64,000 bases of DNA from Laetmonice hystrix (taxonomy: Eukaryota), in the NCBI GenBank assembly GCA_965235115.1, contig OZ249446.1:930001-994000 (forward strand), written 5' to 3'. The notes under the pieces are model-generated. The model searched no databases. It worked only from the letters and a program-made list of their open reading frames with translations, and was not told where the DNA came from. Position numbers and translations under genes: made by a program. Below are positions 51,582 through 63,200 of the stretch, one piece after another. How positions within the stretch are numbered: the stretch's first letter is position 1; each line of letters begins with the position of its first letter.

Positions 51582-52345
51582 GGTCACACAATACATGATT
51601 ACATCATCACACGACCTCAGGTCACACAATACATGATTACATCATCACACGACCTCAGGTCACACAATACATGATTACATCATCACACGACCTCAGGTCA
51701 CACAATACATGATGTTGTCATCACACGACCTCAGGTCACACAATACATGATTACATCATCACACGACCTCAGGTCACACAATACATGATTACATCATCAC
51801 ACGACCTCAGGTCACACAATACATGATTACATCATCACACGACCTCAGGTCACACAATACATGATTACATCATCACACGACCTCAGGTCACACAATACAT
51901 GATTACATCATCACACGACCTCAGGTCACACAATACATGATGTTGTCATCACACGACCTCAGGTCACACAATACATGATGTTGTCATCACACGACCTCAG
52001 GTCACACAATACATGATTACATCATCACACGACCTCAGGTCACACAATACATGATTACATCATCACACGACCTCAGGTCACACAATACATGATTACATCA
52101 TCACACGACCTCAGGTCACACAATACATGATTACATCATCACACGACCTCAGGTCACACAATACATGATTACATCATCACACGACCTCAGGTCACACAAT
52201 ACATGATGTTGTCATCACACGACCTCAGGTCACACAATACATGATTATGTCATCACACGACCTCAGGTCACACAATACATGATTACATCATCACACGACC
52301 TCAGGCCACACAATACATGATGTTGTCATCACACGACCTCAGGTC
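51582..52345. repeat. Minisatellite, 38-bp unit GGTCACACAATACATGATTACATCATCACACGACCTCA
   Basis: About 20 copies with a recurring GATGTTGTC variant. Confidence 0.97.
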
Positions 52346-52416
52346 AAGGCTGGGTCCCTTGTAGATGTTTGTGTGACCATCAAATGTATCGTGTCTGTAT
52401 CACAACGGAACCATCA

Positions 52417-52560
52417 CGACGACCCCCGCCTGAGTGGAGGTCATATACCACAGGGGTTGAGGGGTGACGTCCGACGTCGTACAGTATACGACGACCCCCG
52501 CCTGAGTGGGGGTCATATACCACAGGGGTTGAGGGGTGACGTCCGACGTCGTACAGTACT
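52417..52560. repeat. 72-bp direct duplication (GACGACCCCCGCCTGAGTGG)
   Basis: Two adjacent near-identical copies. Confidence 0.88.
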
Positions 52561-52774
52561 GCCGTCGAGAAGGAAAGTTCCTCGAAAAGAAAAGCTCCAG
52601 ACATTTTCGAATCGAACGGTTGGACAAAGTGTATTCCTGGAGGATTTAATACTAACCTGGAAACAACCCTTTCAGTGGAAGATCACTGCTGCGTGCAAGG
52701 AGTTTGCAGGATTGCAGGAAGTTTCAGAAACTTGGTAAAGAACAATTTATCTGATGTCTTTAATTAATTTGACT

Positions 52775-54040
52775 GTGTTGATTACCTATACAGAAGTCAC
52801 ACCCGTTTGTCCCTGCCTTGGAGTAGGGTATAGAGTATGAACTGATTACCTATACAGAAGTCACACCCGTTTGTCCCTACCTTGGAGTAGGGTATAGAGT
52901 ATGAAGGGTGATCGGACTGTGTTGATTACCTATACAGAAGTCACACCTGTTTGTCCCTACCTTGGAGTAGGGTATAGAGTATGAACTGATGACCTATACA
53001 GAAGTCACACCCGTTTGTCCCTACCTTGGAGTAGGGTATAGAGTATGAACTGATCGGACCGTGTTGATTACCTATACAGAAGTCCCACCCGTTTGTCCCT
53101 ACCTTGGAGTAGGGTATAGAGTATGAACTGATTACCTATACAGAAGTCACACCCGTTTGTCCCTACCTTGGAGTAGGGTATAGAGTATGAACTGATGACC
53201 TATACAGAAGTCACACCCGTTTGTCCCTACCTTGGAGTAGGGTATAGAGTATGAACTGATGACCTATACAGAAGTCACACCCGTTTGTCCCTACCTTGGA
53301 GTAGGGTATAGAGTATGAAGGGTGATCGGACTGTGTTGATTACCTATACAGAAGTCACACCCGTTTGTCCCTACCTTGGAGTAGGGTATAGAGTATGAAC
53401 TGATTACCTATACAGAAGTCACACCCGTTTGTCCCTACCTTGGAGTAGGGTATAGAGTATGAACTGATGACCTATACAGAAGTCACACCCGTTTGTCCCT
53501 ACCTTGGAGTAGGGTATAGAGTATGAACTAATTACCTATACAGAAGTCACACCTGTTTGTCCCTACCTTGGAGTAGGGTATAGAGTATGAACTGATTACC
53601 TATACAGAAGTCACACCCGTTTGTCCCTACCTTGGAGTAGGGTATAGAGTATGAACTGATTACCTATACAGAAGTCACACCCGTTTGTCCCTACCTTGGA
53701 GTAGGGTATAGAGTATGAACTGATGACCTATACAGAAGTCACACCTGTTTGTCCCTACCTTGGAGTAGGGTACAGAGTATGAACTGATGACCTATACAGA
53801 AGTCACACCCGTTTGTCCCTACCTTGGAGTAGGGTATAGAGTATTCTGGTTACCTATACAGAAGTCACACCCGTTTGTCCCTACCTTGGAGTAGGGTATA
53901 GAGTATTCTGGTTACCTATACAGAAGTCACACCTGTTTGTCCCTACCTTGGAGTAGGGTATAGAGTATGAACTGATGACCGATACAGAAGTCACACCCGT
54001 TTGTCCCTACCTTGGAGTAGGGTATAGAGTATGAATTGAT
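52775..54040. repeat. Satellite, 64-bp unit TGATTACCTATACAGAAGTCACACCCGTTTGTCCCTACCTTGGAGTAGGGTATAGAGTATGAAC
   Basis: About 19 copies, some with a GGGTGATCGGACTGTGTT insertion. Confidence 0.96.
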
Positions 54041-54538
54041 CGGACCAATTACTTCCTGATTGCACGGTACCGACTCTCATTTCGTTCCCAGCGTCCTCCA
54101 TTGTCACGTGACAACGCGAACGCTCACCGTCAATACTCCACTAATTAGTTTCAGTTAAAGGAATCGGGCCCACAGTCAATGGGTGGGAGGAGTTTCAATT
54201 AGTGCAACACCTTTTTCTGTTGAATTGCTATGGGAAACTTGACGATTGTTTCTCTATGTGATAATCACATTCCCTTGTCGGGATACGATTATACAGTATA
54301 AGACAATAGGTGTGGGGGATACTGATTTATACACACGTACGGGGAGGACAGCGTGAGAACTGGGTCTCTGGGACGCCGCCACAGGTAAAAGGTATATTAT
54401 TGTGTAAATAACTATTTGAGAAACGATGTCGCCTGACACTGACGTATAAAATACATGCAAGCGTCAGTGTTAGGATCAAGTCTACGAGCCAGCAATTGTT
54501 GTCACTCAACCATATTTCTACAGTATATGTTATGGGGG

Positions 54539-54788
54539 GTGGGTGGGTATTTGGGGTTTTACGCCTTGCAACAGCCAGGGTCATATCACGGCGGTGAAGA
54601 TGATGATGAAAGTCAGTTTTTCTTGGTGGAGGAAACCGGAGTACCCGGAGGAAACCACCGACCATCGGGAAGGAACTGACTGACAAACCTTTCACACATG
54701 CAGCCCAGGCCGGGGATCGAACCCGGATCGCAGCGGTGTGAGGCGATGGTCCTAGGCGTCATGAGCCAACACCTTAGACCATTCGGCC
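54539..54788 (-). mobile_element. Full-length tRNA-derived SINE with a V-type core domain (V-SINE superfamily, RUDI-like)
   Basis: The minus strand reads A-box GGCCGAATGGTCTAAGG, B-box GGGTTCGATCCCC, core GGTCGGTGGTTTCCTCCGGGTACTCCGGTTTCCTCCACC and an (ACCC)n tail. A 16-bp direct repeat GTATATGTTATGGGGG flanks it at 54523-54538 and 54789-54804. Confidence 0.85.
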
Positions 54789-56164
54789 GTATATGTTATG
54801 GGGGCACATCTGTATGAGACTATACGTGTGTATACATACGACTGTATGATAGGGGTTGACGTGTGATTATTGAAAACGTTTTTAGGGGATTCTCAGAGAG
54901 CGAAAAACTTCTCTGCGTGGAGTTGATAACCTGCATGAGGTATGACGTCTGTGGTGTGTATTCCCAGAAATGGAGAGGTCTGATGTGTGATGAAAAGAAA
55001 ACAAACAAAATATAAAAAAAAAGTCTACCCAGAAAATCAGGCTCTGTGATAAAGCCCCTTGTTATTCGTAGAGGAATCCCTCGTTGCAAAGATGAGGTTT
55101 CCCTATTGTTATACAGTTGCTTAAAATACGATTTCGTCTAACAATACAAAAAGACAAAGCCTCCCAAAGTTACGTGAGGAGGCGGTGGATGTAGGAGGCA
55201 TGTCGGATGCTATTAGCCATTTCTGTCCAGTAGAATCGGGTATATATACGCCGTTTATTTTCGCCGTTAATCCCTTGTTTAGGGGGTAATTACCCCGCCC
55301 CGGGCAGCAGAACGCCGCCACGGGAGTCGACACCATCTATCTATAGCGTGATTCCCCTCAATCTTTACTCCGCGAAGCGAGGAGTTAACGCGCATGCTCG
55401 GGGCGTTATTGTGACGTTCGGATTGACAACGTCGTGACGTGACAACGCCGTGCGAGACAAAGACACGCAGATCAAACGGCGCCAACAACCCATGTTGATT
55501 TCTTCATCAGAGATGAACAAAAAATCTGACTGGGTTCAAAGGACCAGTAAACAATAGCAGAACAAGGAGAAAAGGAAGCCAAGAGTGTTTAGTGGCCGGC
55601 TTAAAGTGCACGTGCCTGTACACTGCGCCCAAGTATAGAGAGACACCAAATTGTGTAACGTGTTGAAGTTTATTTACGACCAAGTAGGCAGAGCTTACGG
55701 GGAGGCAGGTCACGTAATCTACAAGATACTTACTATATGATGGTTATTTCACCACAAGGCAGTGTGCTATTGTATCTCTATGTAATAACTAGGTGGGTAT
55801 GCATATTTATTCAATATAGAAAAAAAACCCTTATGTTGAAGTAGGGTTGAAGCTCAAGATGTACACAAATAAATAAATAAAACATAAACAGATGGCTGCA
55901 TGTGTGCGTTAAAAATGCACACAATATTTTTGTATATAAAACGGAATAAAGTTTCGTGAATCAGCCGAATTCAAGGGAAAGCATATAGGCATATAATACC
56001 GGTCAGTTAGGTGCAATACACATTTTGTGCATCAATACTGATGAATATAATCGATCTGATGTCTCAGTAATCGGTGTCAGAGAACTGTACACCTTGTCCG
56101 TGGTCACGTGGACGTCAAATCTCGCGGTCATTCTCGCGTGTTTATAAGTCAAAAATCAGAGGAC

Positions 56165-58990
56165 GAATGGCAGAGTTGAGTCTAATGAAAGGTGGACTAA
56201 GTGAACTATAAGTGGGCATGGTGAGGGCGGATGGTTGGACGAAGGTTTGTCCAGGGTGGACTCTGCCTAATGAAAGGTGGACTAAGTGAGCAGTAAGTGG
56301 GCAGGGTGAGGGCGGATGGTTGGACGATGTAGGATAAGGTCTGTCTGGGTCTATGTCCACAGTGGACTCTGCCTAATGAAAGGTGGACTAAGTGAGCAGT
56401 AAGTGGGCATGGTGAGGGCGGGTGGTTGGACGATGTAGGATAAGGTTTGTCTGGGTCTATGTCCAGGGTGGACTCTGCCTAATGAAAGGTGGACTAAGTG
56501 AGCAGTAAGTGGGCAGGGCGAGGGCGGATGGTTGGACGATGTAGGATAAGGTTTGTCTGGGTCTATGTCCAGGGTGGACTCTGCCTAATGAAAGGTGGAC
56601 TAAGTGAGCAGTAAGTGGGCAGGGTGAGGGCGGATGGTTGGACGATGTAGGATAAGGTTTGTCTGGGTCTATGTCCACGGTGGACTCTGCCTAATGAAAG
56701 GTGGACTAAGTGAGCAGTAAGTGGGCATGGTGAGGGCGGGTGGTTAGACGATGTAGGATAAGGTTTGTCTGGGTCTATGTCCACGGTGGACTCTGCCTAA
56801 TGAAAGGTGGACTAAGTGAGCAGTAAGTGGGCATGGTGAGGGCGGATGGTTAGACGGTGTAGGATAAGGTTTGTCTGGGTCTATGTCCAGGGTGGACTCT
56901 GCCTAATGAAAGGTGGACTAAGTGAGGATAAGTGAGCAGTAAGTGGGCAGGGTGAGGGCGGATGGTTGGACGATGTAGGATAAGGTTTGTCTGGGTCTAT
57001 GTCCTGGGTCTGCCTAATGAAAGGTGGACTAAGTGAGCAGTAAGTGGGCAGGGTGAGGGCGGGTGGTTGGACGATGTAGGATAAGGTTTGTCTGGGTCTA
57101 TGTCCTGGGTGGACTCTGCCTAATGAAAGGTGGACTAAGTGAGCAGTAAGTGGGCAGGGTGAGGGCGGATGGTTGGACGGTGTAGGATAAGGTTTGTCTG
57201 GGTCTATGTCCAGGGTGGACTCTGCCTAATGAAAGGTGGACTAAGTGAGCAGTAAGTGGGCATGGTGAGGGCGGATGGTTGGACGATGTAGGATAAGGTT
57301 TGTCTGGGTCTATGTCCAGGGTGGACTCTGCCTAATGAAAGGTGGACTAAGTGAGCAGTAAGTGGGCAGGGTGAGGGCGGATGGTTGGACGATGTAGGAT
57401 AAGGTTTGTCTGGGTCTATGTCCAGGGTGGACTCTGCCTAATGAAAGGTGGACTAAGTGAGCAGTAAGTGGGCAGGGTGAGGGCGGGTGGTTGGACGGTG
57501 TAAGATAAGGTTTGTCTGGGTCTATGTCCAGGGTCTGACTAATGAAAGGTGGACTAAGTGAGCAGTAAGTGAGCAGTAAGTGAGCAGTAAGTGGGCATGG
57601 TGAGGGCGGATGGTTGGACGGTGTAAGATAAGGTTTGTCTGGGTCTATGTCCAGGGTGGACTCTGCCTAATGAAAGGTGGACTAAGTGAGCAGTAAGTGG
57701 GCAGGGTGAGGGCGGATGGTTGGACGATGTAGGATAAGGTTTGTCTGGGTCTATGTCCAGGGTGGACTCTGCCTAATGAAAGGTGGACTAAGTGAGCAGT
57801 AAGTGGGCAGGGTGAGGGCGGGTGGTTGGACGATGTAGGATAAGGTTTGTCTGGGTCTATGTCCTGGGTGGACTCTGCCTAATGAAAGGTGGACTAAGTG
57901 AGCAGTAAGTGGGCATGGTGAGGGCGGATGGTTGGACGATGTAGGATAAGGTTTGTCTGGGTCTATGTCCACGGTGGACTCTGCCTAATGAAAGGTGGAC
58001 TAAGTGAGCAGTAAGTGGGCAGGGTGAGGGCGGATGGTTGGACGATGTAGGATAAGGTTTGTCTGGGTCTATGTCCACGGTCTGCCTAATGAAAGGTGGA
58101 CTAAGTGGGCAGTAAGTGGGCAGGGTGAGGGCGGATGGTTGGACGGTGTAGGATAAGGTTTGTCTGGGTCTATGTCCAGGGTGGACTCTGCCTAATGAAA
58201 GGTGGACTAAGTGAGCAGTAAGTGGGCAGGGTGAGGGCGGATGGTTGGACGATGTAGGATAAGGTTTGTCTGGGTCTATGTCCAGGGTGGACTCTGCCTA
58301 ATGAAAGGTGGACTAAGTGAGCAGTAAGTGGGCAGGGTGAGGGCGGATGGTTGGACGATGTAGGATAAGGTTTGTCTGGGTCTATGTCCACGGTCTGCCT
58401 AATGAAAGGTGGACTAAGTGAGCAGTAAGTGGGCAGGGTGAGGGCGGATGGTTGGACGGTGTAGGATAAGGTTTGTCTGGGTCTATGTCCAGGGTGGACT
58501 CTGCCTAATGAAAGGTGGACTAAGTGAGCAGTAAGTGGGCAGGGTGAGGGCGGATGGTTGGACGATGTAGGATAAGGTTTGTCTGGGTCTATGTCCAGGG
58601 TGGACTCTGCCTAATGAAAGGTGGACTAAGTGAGCAGTAAGTGGGCAGGGTGAGGGCGGATGGTTGGACGATGTAGGATAAGGTTTGTCTGGGTCTATGT
58701 CCTGGGTCTGCCTAATGAAAGGTGGACTAAGTGAGCAGTAAGTGGGCAGGGTGAGGGCGGATGGTTGGACGGTGTAGGATAAGGTTTGTCTGGGTCTATG
58801 TCCTGGGTGGACTCTGCCTAATGAAAGGTGGACTAAGTGAGCAGTAAGTGGGCAGGGTGAGGGCGGATGGTTAGACGAAGGTTTGTCCAGGGTGGACTCT
58901 GCCTAATGAAAGGTGGACTAAGTGAACTATAAGTGGGCAGGGTGAGGGCGGATGGTTGGACGATGTAGATGACAGGATACGATTGTTGTG
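56165..58990. repeat. Satellite, 106-bp unit CTCTGCCTAATGAAAGGTGGACTAAGTGAGCAGTAAGTGGGCAGGGTGAGGGCGGATGGTTGGACGATGTAGGATAAGGTTTGTCTGGGTCTATGTCCAGGGTGGA
   Basis: About 27 copies, G-rich on the plus strand. Confidence 0.97.
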
Positions 58991-59689
58991 GTCTATGTCC
59001 AGGGCGGACCCTGCCCCACCCAGCCAGTCCGTCCGCCAGAGGTCACTGATAACACGTGACCTTTGATTAATTAGTTTGAATCAATCGATGGCGGCATGCA
59101 CGGCCGTGGTGTGTCACGTGACCCAGGACTGACCACTACTACTGACCGGCATGCACGGCCGTGGTGTGCCAGAGAACGGTACACGTTCACGACACGTGGC
59201 TGGACACGTGCCACTGGACTGACCACTACTACTGACCGCTCCCGTCACACACGCTCTCCTCCTCCCGGTCTCACTGACCACATCCAACCCATTGTTACCC
59301 ATCCCCCGGACACTCACGACCTGTTTCGATACATCAGACCCATTCTCTCTGCCCACACACACCAGATCCCGCAGGAAATAGAGCCGTGCCGGGCCGTGCC
59401 GAGCCGTGCCGGAAGGACGACGGACACTTGTCCTTGTTAGCCCGACATATCCGCCCGATTTGACGGGTAATCGATTAGCGGCTGATCGACGCTCGATCTC
59501 CACTCGCTGCCATTGTCACATTGTTTACCCCGCCTTAATGAACACTTAATGAATGTTCGCCGACGATTTTTAAACGTCTGTTGATTTCCATTAATGAAGC
59601 GGAGTGTGTTAATTAAGAATGGGAACACGTGGGGAGTGTCCCTTTAAACAAAAGTCAGCAGCTCTAGGCGGGGATGGGGGAGAATGAAG

Positions 59690-59915
59690 ACTTGGGATGA
59701 AACAGATGACCACCCACCTGTGGGGGTGGGGTGGGGTGGGGGTGAAGACCAGCTTGGGTTGGAACAGATGACCACCCACCTGTGGGGGTGGGGGTGGGGT
59801 GGGGTGGGGTGAAGACGAGCTTGGATTGGAATAGATGTCCACCCACCTGTGCGGGGTGGTGTGGTGACGACGAGCTTGGGTTGGAATAGATGACCACCCA
59901 CCTGTGGAGGGTGGG
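59690..59915. repeat. About 60-bp G-rich repeat, 4 copies, each containing CACCTG
   Basis: CACCTG occurs at 59715, 59777, 59844 and 59899. Confidence 0.85.
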
Positions 59916-59934
59916 GGTGTTGCCCGCTAACCTT

Positions 59935-60110
59935 AACTTTAAATACCGCACCCAGTCCCCCCCTGTGTATACATTGTACATATCTAGATATTATATTGGT
60001 TATTATATTCACTTTAAATACCGCACCCATGCAGCTCCCCGCCACTGTGTATACATTGTACATCTAGATATTGGTTATTATATTCACTTTAAATACCGCA
60101 CCCAGCTCCC
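59935..60110. repeat. About 75-bp repeat, 2-3 copies (ACTTTAAATACCGCACCC)
   Basis: The motif recurs three times. Confidence 0.8.
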
Positions 60111-60244
60111 CACCATTGTGTACAGCAGTTCGACCCGACACTGAGACTCACTTTTACATTCTTCACAATTGGGCCCCAATAAAATAAATGAAAAGAACCG
60201 ACTTGCAATGATGATAAGTCGTGTTTAAGTCAATAATATACATC

Positions 60245-63200
60245 TGTACGAGTGCGTCTATATACAAAAAGAGTGACGCTAAGTCTGTATGAGAGCGTCT
60301 ATATACATAAAGAGTGACGCTAACTCTGTATGAGAGCGTCTATATACATAAAGAGTGACGCTAACTCTGTATGAGAGCGTCTATATACATAAAGAGTGAA
60401 CCTAACTCTGTATGAGAGCGTCTATATACATAAAGAGTGACACTAACTCTGTATGAGAGCGTCTATATACATTAAGAATGAACCTAACTCTGTATGAGAG
60501 CGTCTACATACATAAAGAGTGAACCTAACTCTGTATAAGAGCGTCTATATACATAAAGAGTGAACCTAACTCTGTATGAGAGCGTCTATATACATAAAGA
60601 GTGAACCTAACTCTGTATAAGAGCGTCTATATACATAAAGAGTGAACCTAACTCTGTATAAGAGCGTCTATATACATAAAGAGTGAACCTAACTCTGTAT
60701 GAGAGCGTCTATATACATAAAGAGTGAACCTAACTCTGTATGAGAGCGTCTATATACATAAAGAGTGAACCTAACTCTGTATGAGAGCGTCTATATACAT
60801 AAAGAGTGAACCTAACTCTGTATGAGAGCGTCTATATACATAAAGAGTGAACCTAACTCTGTATGAGAGCGTCTATATACATAAAGAGTGACACTAACTC
60901 TGTATGAGAGCGTCTATATACATAAAGAGTGAACCTAACTCTCTATGAGAGCGTCTACATACGTAAAGAGTGACACTAACTCTGTATGAGAGCGTCTATA
61001 TACATAAAGAGTGAACCTAACTCTGTATGAGAGCGTCTACATACATAAAGAGTGAACCTAACTCTGTATGAGAGCGTCTATATACATAAAGAGTGAACCT
61101 AACTCTGTATGAGAGCGTCTATATACATAAAGAGTGAACCTAACTCTGTATGAGAGCGTCTATATACATGTACATAAAGAGTGAACCTAACTCTGTATGA
61201 GAGCGTCTATATACATGTACATAAAGAGTGAACCTAACTCTGTATGAGAGCGTCTATATACATAAAGAGTGAACCTAACTCTGTATAAGAGCGTCTATAT
61301 ACATAAAGAGTGAACCTAACTCTGTATGAGAGCGTCTATATACATAAAGAGTGAACCTAACTCTGTATAAGAGCGTCTATATACATAAAGAGTGAACCTA
61401 ACTCTGTATAAGAGCGTCTATATACATAAAGAGTGAACCTAACTCTGTATGAGAGCGTCTATATACATAAAGAGTGAACCTAACTCTGTATGAGAGCGTC
61501 TATATACATAAAGAGTGAACCTAACTCTGTATGAGAGCGTCTATATACATAAAGAGTGAACCTAACTCTGTATGAGAGCGTCTATATACATAAAGAGTGA
61601 ACCTAACTCTGTATGAGAGCGTCTATATACATAAAGAGTGACACTAACTCTGTATGAGAGCGTCTATATACATAAAGAGTGAACCTAACTCTCTATGAGA
61701 GCGTCTACATACGTAAAGAGTGACACTAACTCTGTATGAGAGCGTCTATATACATAAAGAGTGAACCTAACTCTGTATGAGAGCGTCTACATACATAAAG
61801 AGTGAACCTAACTCTGTATGAGAGCGTCTATATACATAAAGAGTGAACCTAACTCTGTATGAGAGCGTCTATATACATAAAGAGTGAACCTAACTCTGTA
61901 TGAGAGCGTCTATATACATGTACATAAAGAGTGAACCTAACTCTGTATGAGAGCGTCTATATACATGTACATAAAGAGTGAACCTAACTCTGTATGAGAG
62001 CGTCTATATACATAAAGAGTGAACCTAACTCTGTATAAGAGCGTCTATATACATAAAGAGTGAACCTAACTCTGTATGAGAGCGTCTATATACATAAAGA
62101 GTGAACCTAACTCTGTATGAGAGCGTCTATATACATAAAGAGTGAACCTAACTCTGTATGGGAGCGTCTATATACATAAAGAGTGACACTAACTCTGTAT
62201 GAGAGCGTCTATATACATAAAGAGTGACGCTAACTCTGTATGAGAGCATCTACATACATAAAGAGTGACACTAACTCTGTATGAGAGCGTCTATATACAT
62301 AAAGAGTGAACCTAACTCTGTATGAGAGCGTCTATATACATGTACATAAAGAGTGAACCTAACTCTGTATGAGAGCGTCTATATACATAAAGAGTGACGC
62401 TAACTCTGTATGAGAGCGTCTATATACATAAAGAGTGAACCTAACTCTGTATGAGAGCGTCTATATACATAAAGAGTGAACCTAACTCTGTATGAGAGCG
62501 TCTATATACATAAAGAGTGAACCTAACTCTGTATAAGAGCGTCTATATACATAAAGAGTGAACCTAACTCTGTATGAGAGCGTCTATATACATAAAGAGT
62601 GAACCTAACTCTGTATGAGAGCGTCTATATACATAAAGAGTGAACCTAACTCTGTATGGGAGCGTCTATATACATAAAGAGTGACACTAACTCTGTATGA
62701 GAGCGTCTATATACATAAAGAGTGACGCTAACTCTGTATGAGAGCATCTACATACATAAAGAGTGACACTAACTCTGTATGAGAGCGTCTATATACATAA
62801 AGAGTGAACCTAACTCTGTATGAGAGCGTCTATATACATGTACATAAAGAGTGAACCTAACTCTGTATGAGAGCGTCTATATACATAAAGAGTGACGCTA
62901 ACTCTGTATGAGAGCGTCTATATACATAAAGAGTGAACCTAACTCTGTATGAGAGCGTCTATATACATAAAGAGTGAACCTAACTCTGTATGAGAGCGTC
63001 TATATACATAAAGAGTGAACCTAACTCTGTATGAGAGCGTCTATATACATAAAGAGTGAACCTAACTCTGTATGAGAGCGTCTATATACATAAAGAGTGA
63101 CACTAACTCTGTATGAGAGCGTCTATATACATAAAGAGTGAACCTAACTCTCTATGAGAGCGTCTACATACGTAAAGAGTGACACTAACTCTGTATGAGA

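Noticed and set aside
54690-54788. tRNA gene
   Set aside because: The A and B boxes belong to the SINE head. There is no cloverleaf, and the sequence continues into the V core and tail between TSDs.
44400-60245. Canonical bipartite PTF1 site (CASSTG-N4/5-TTTCCC)
   Set aside because: By eye I found none with the correct spacing. The near-misses (TTTCCCAGGTG at about 51351 and TGGGAACACGTG at 59620) have the wrong geometry.
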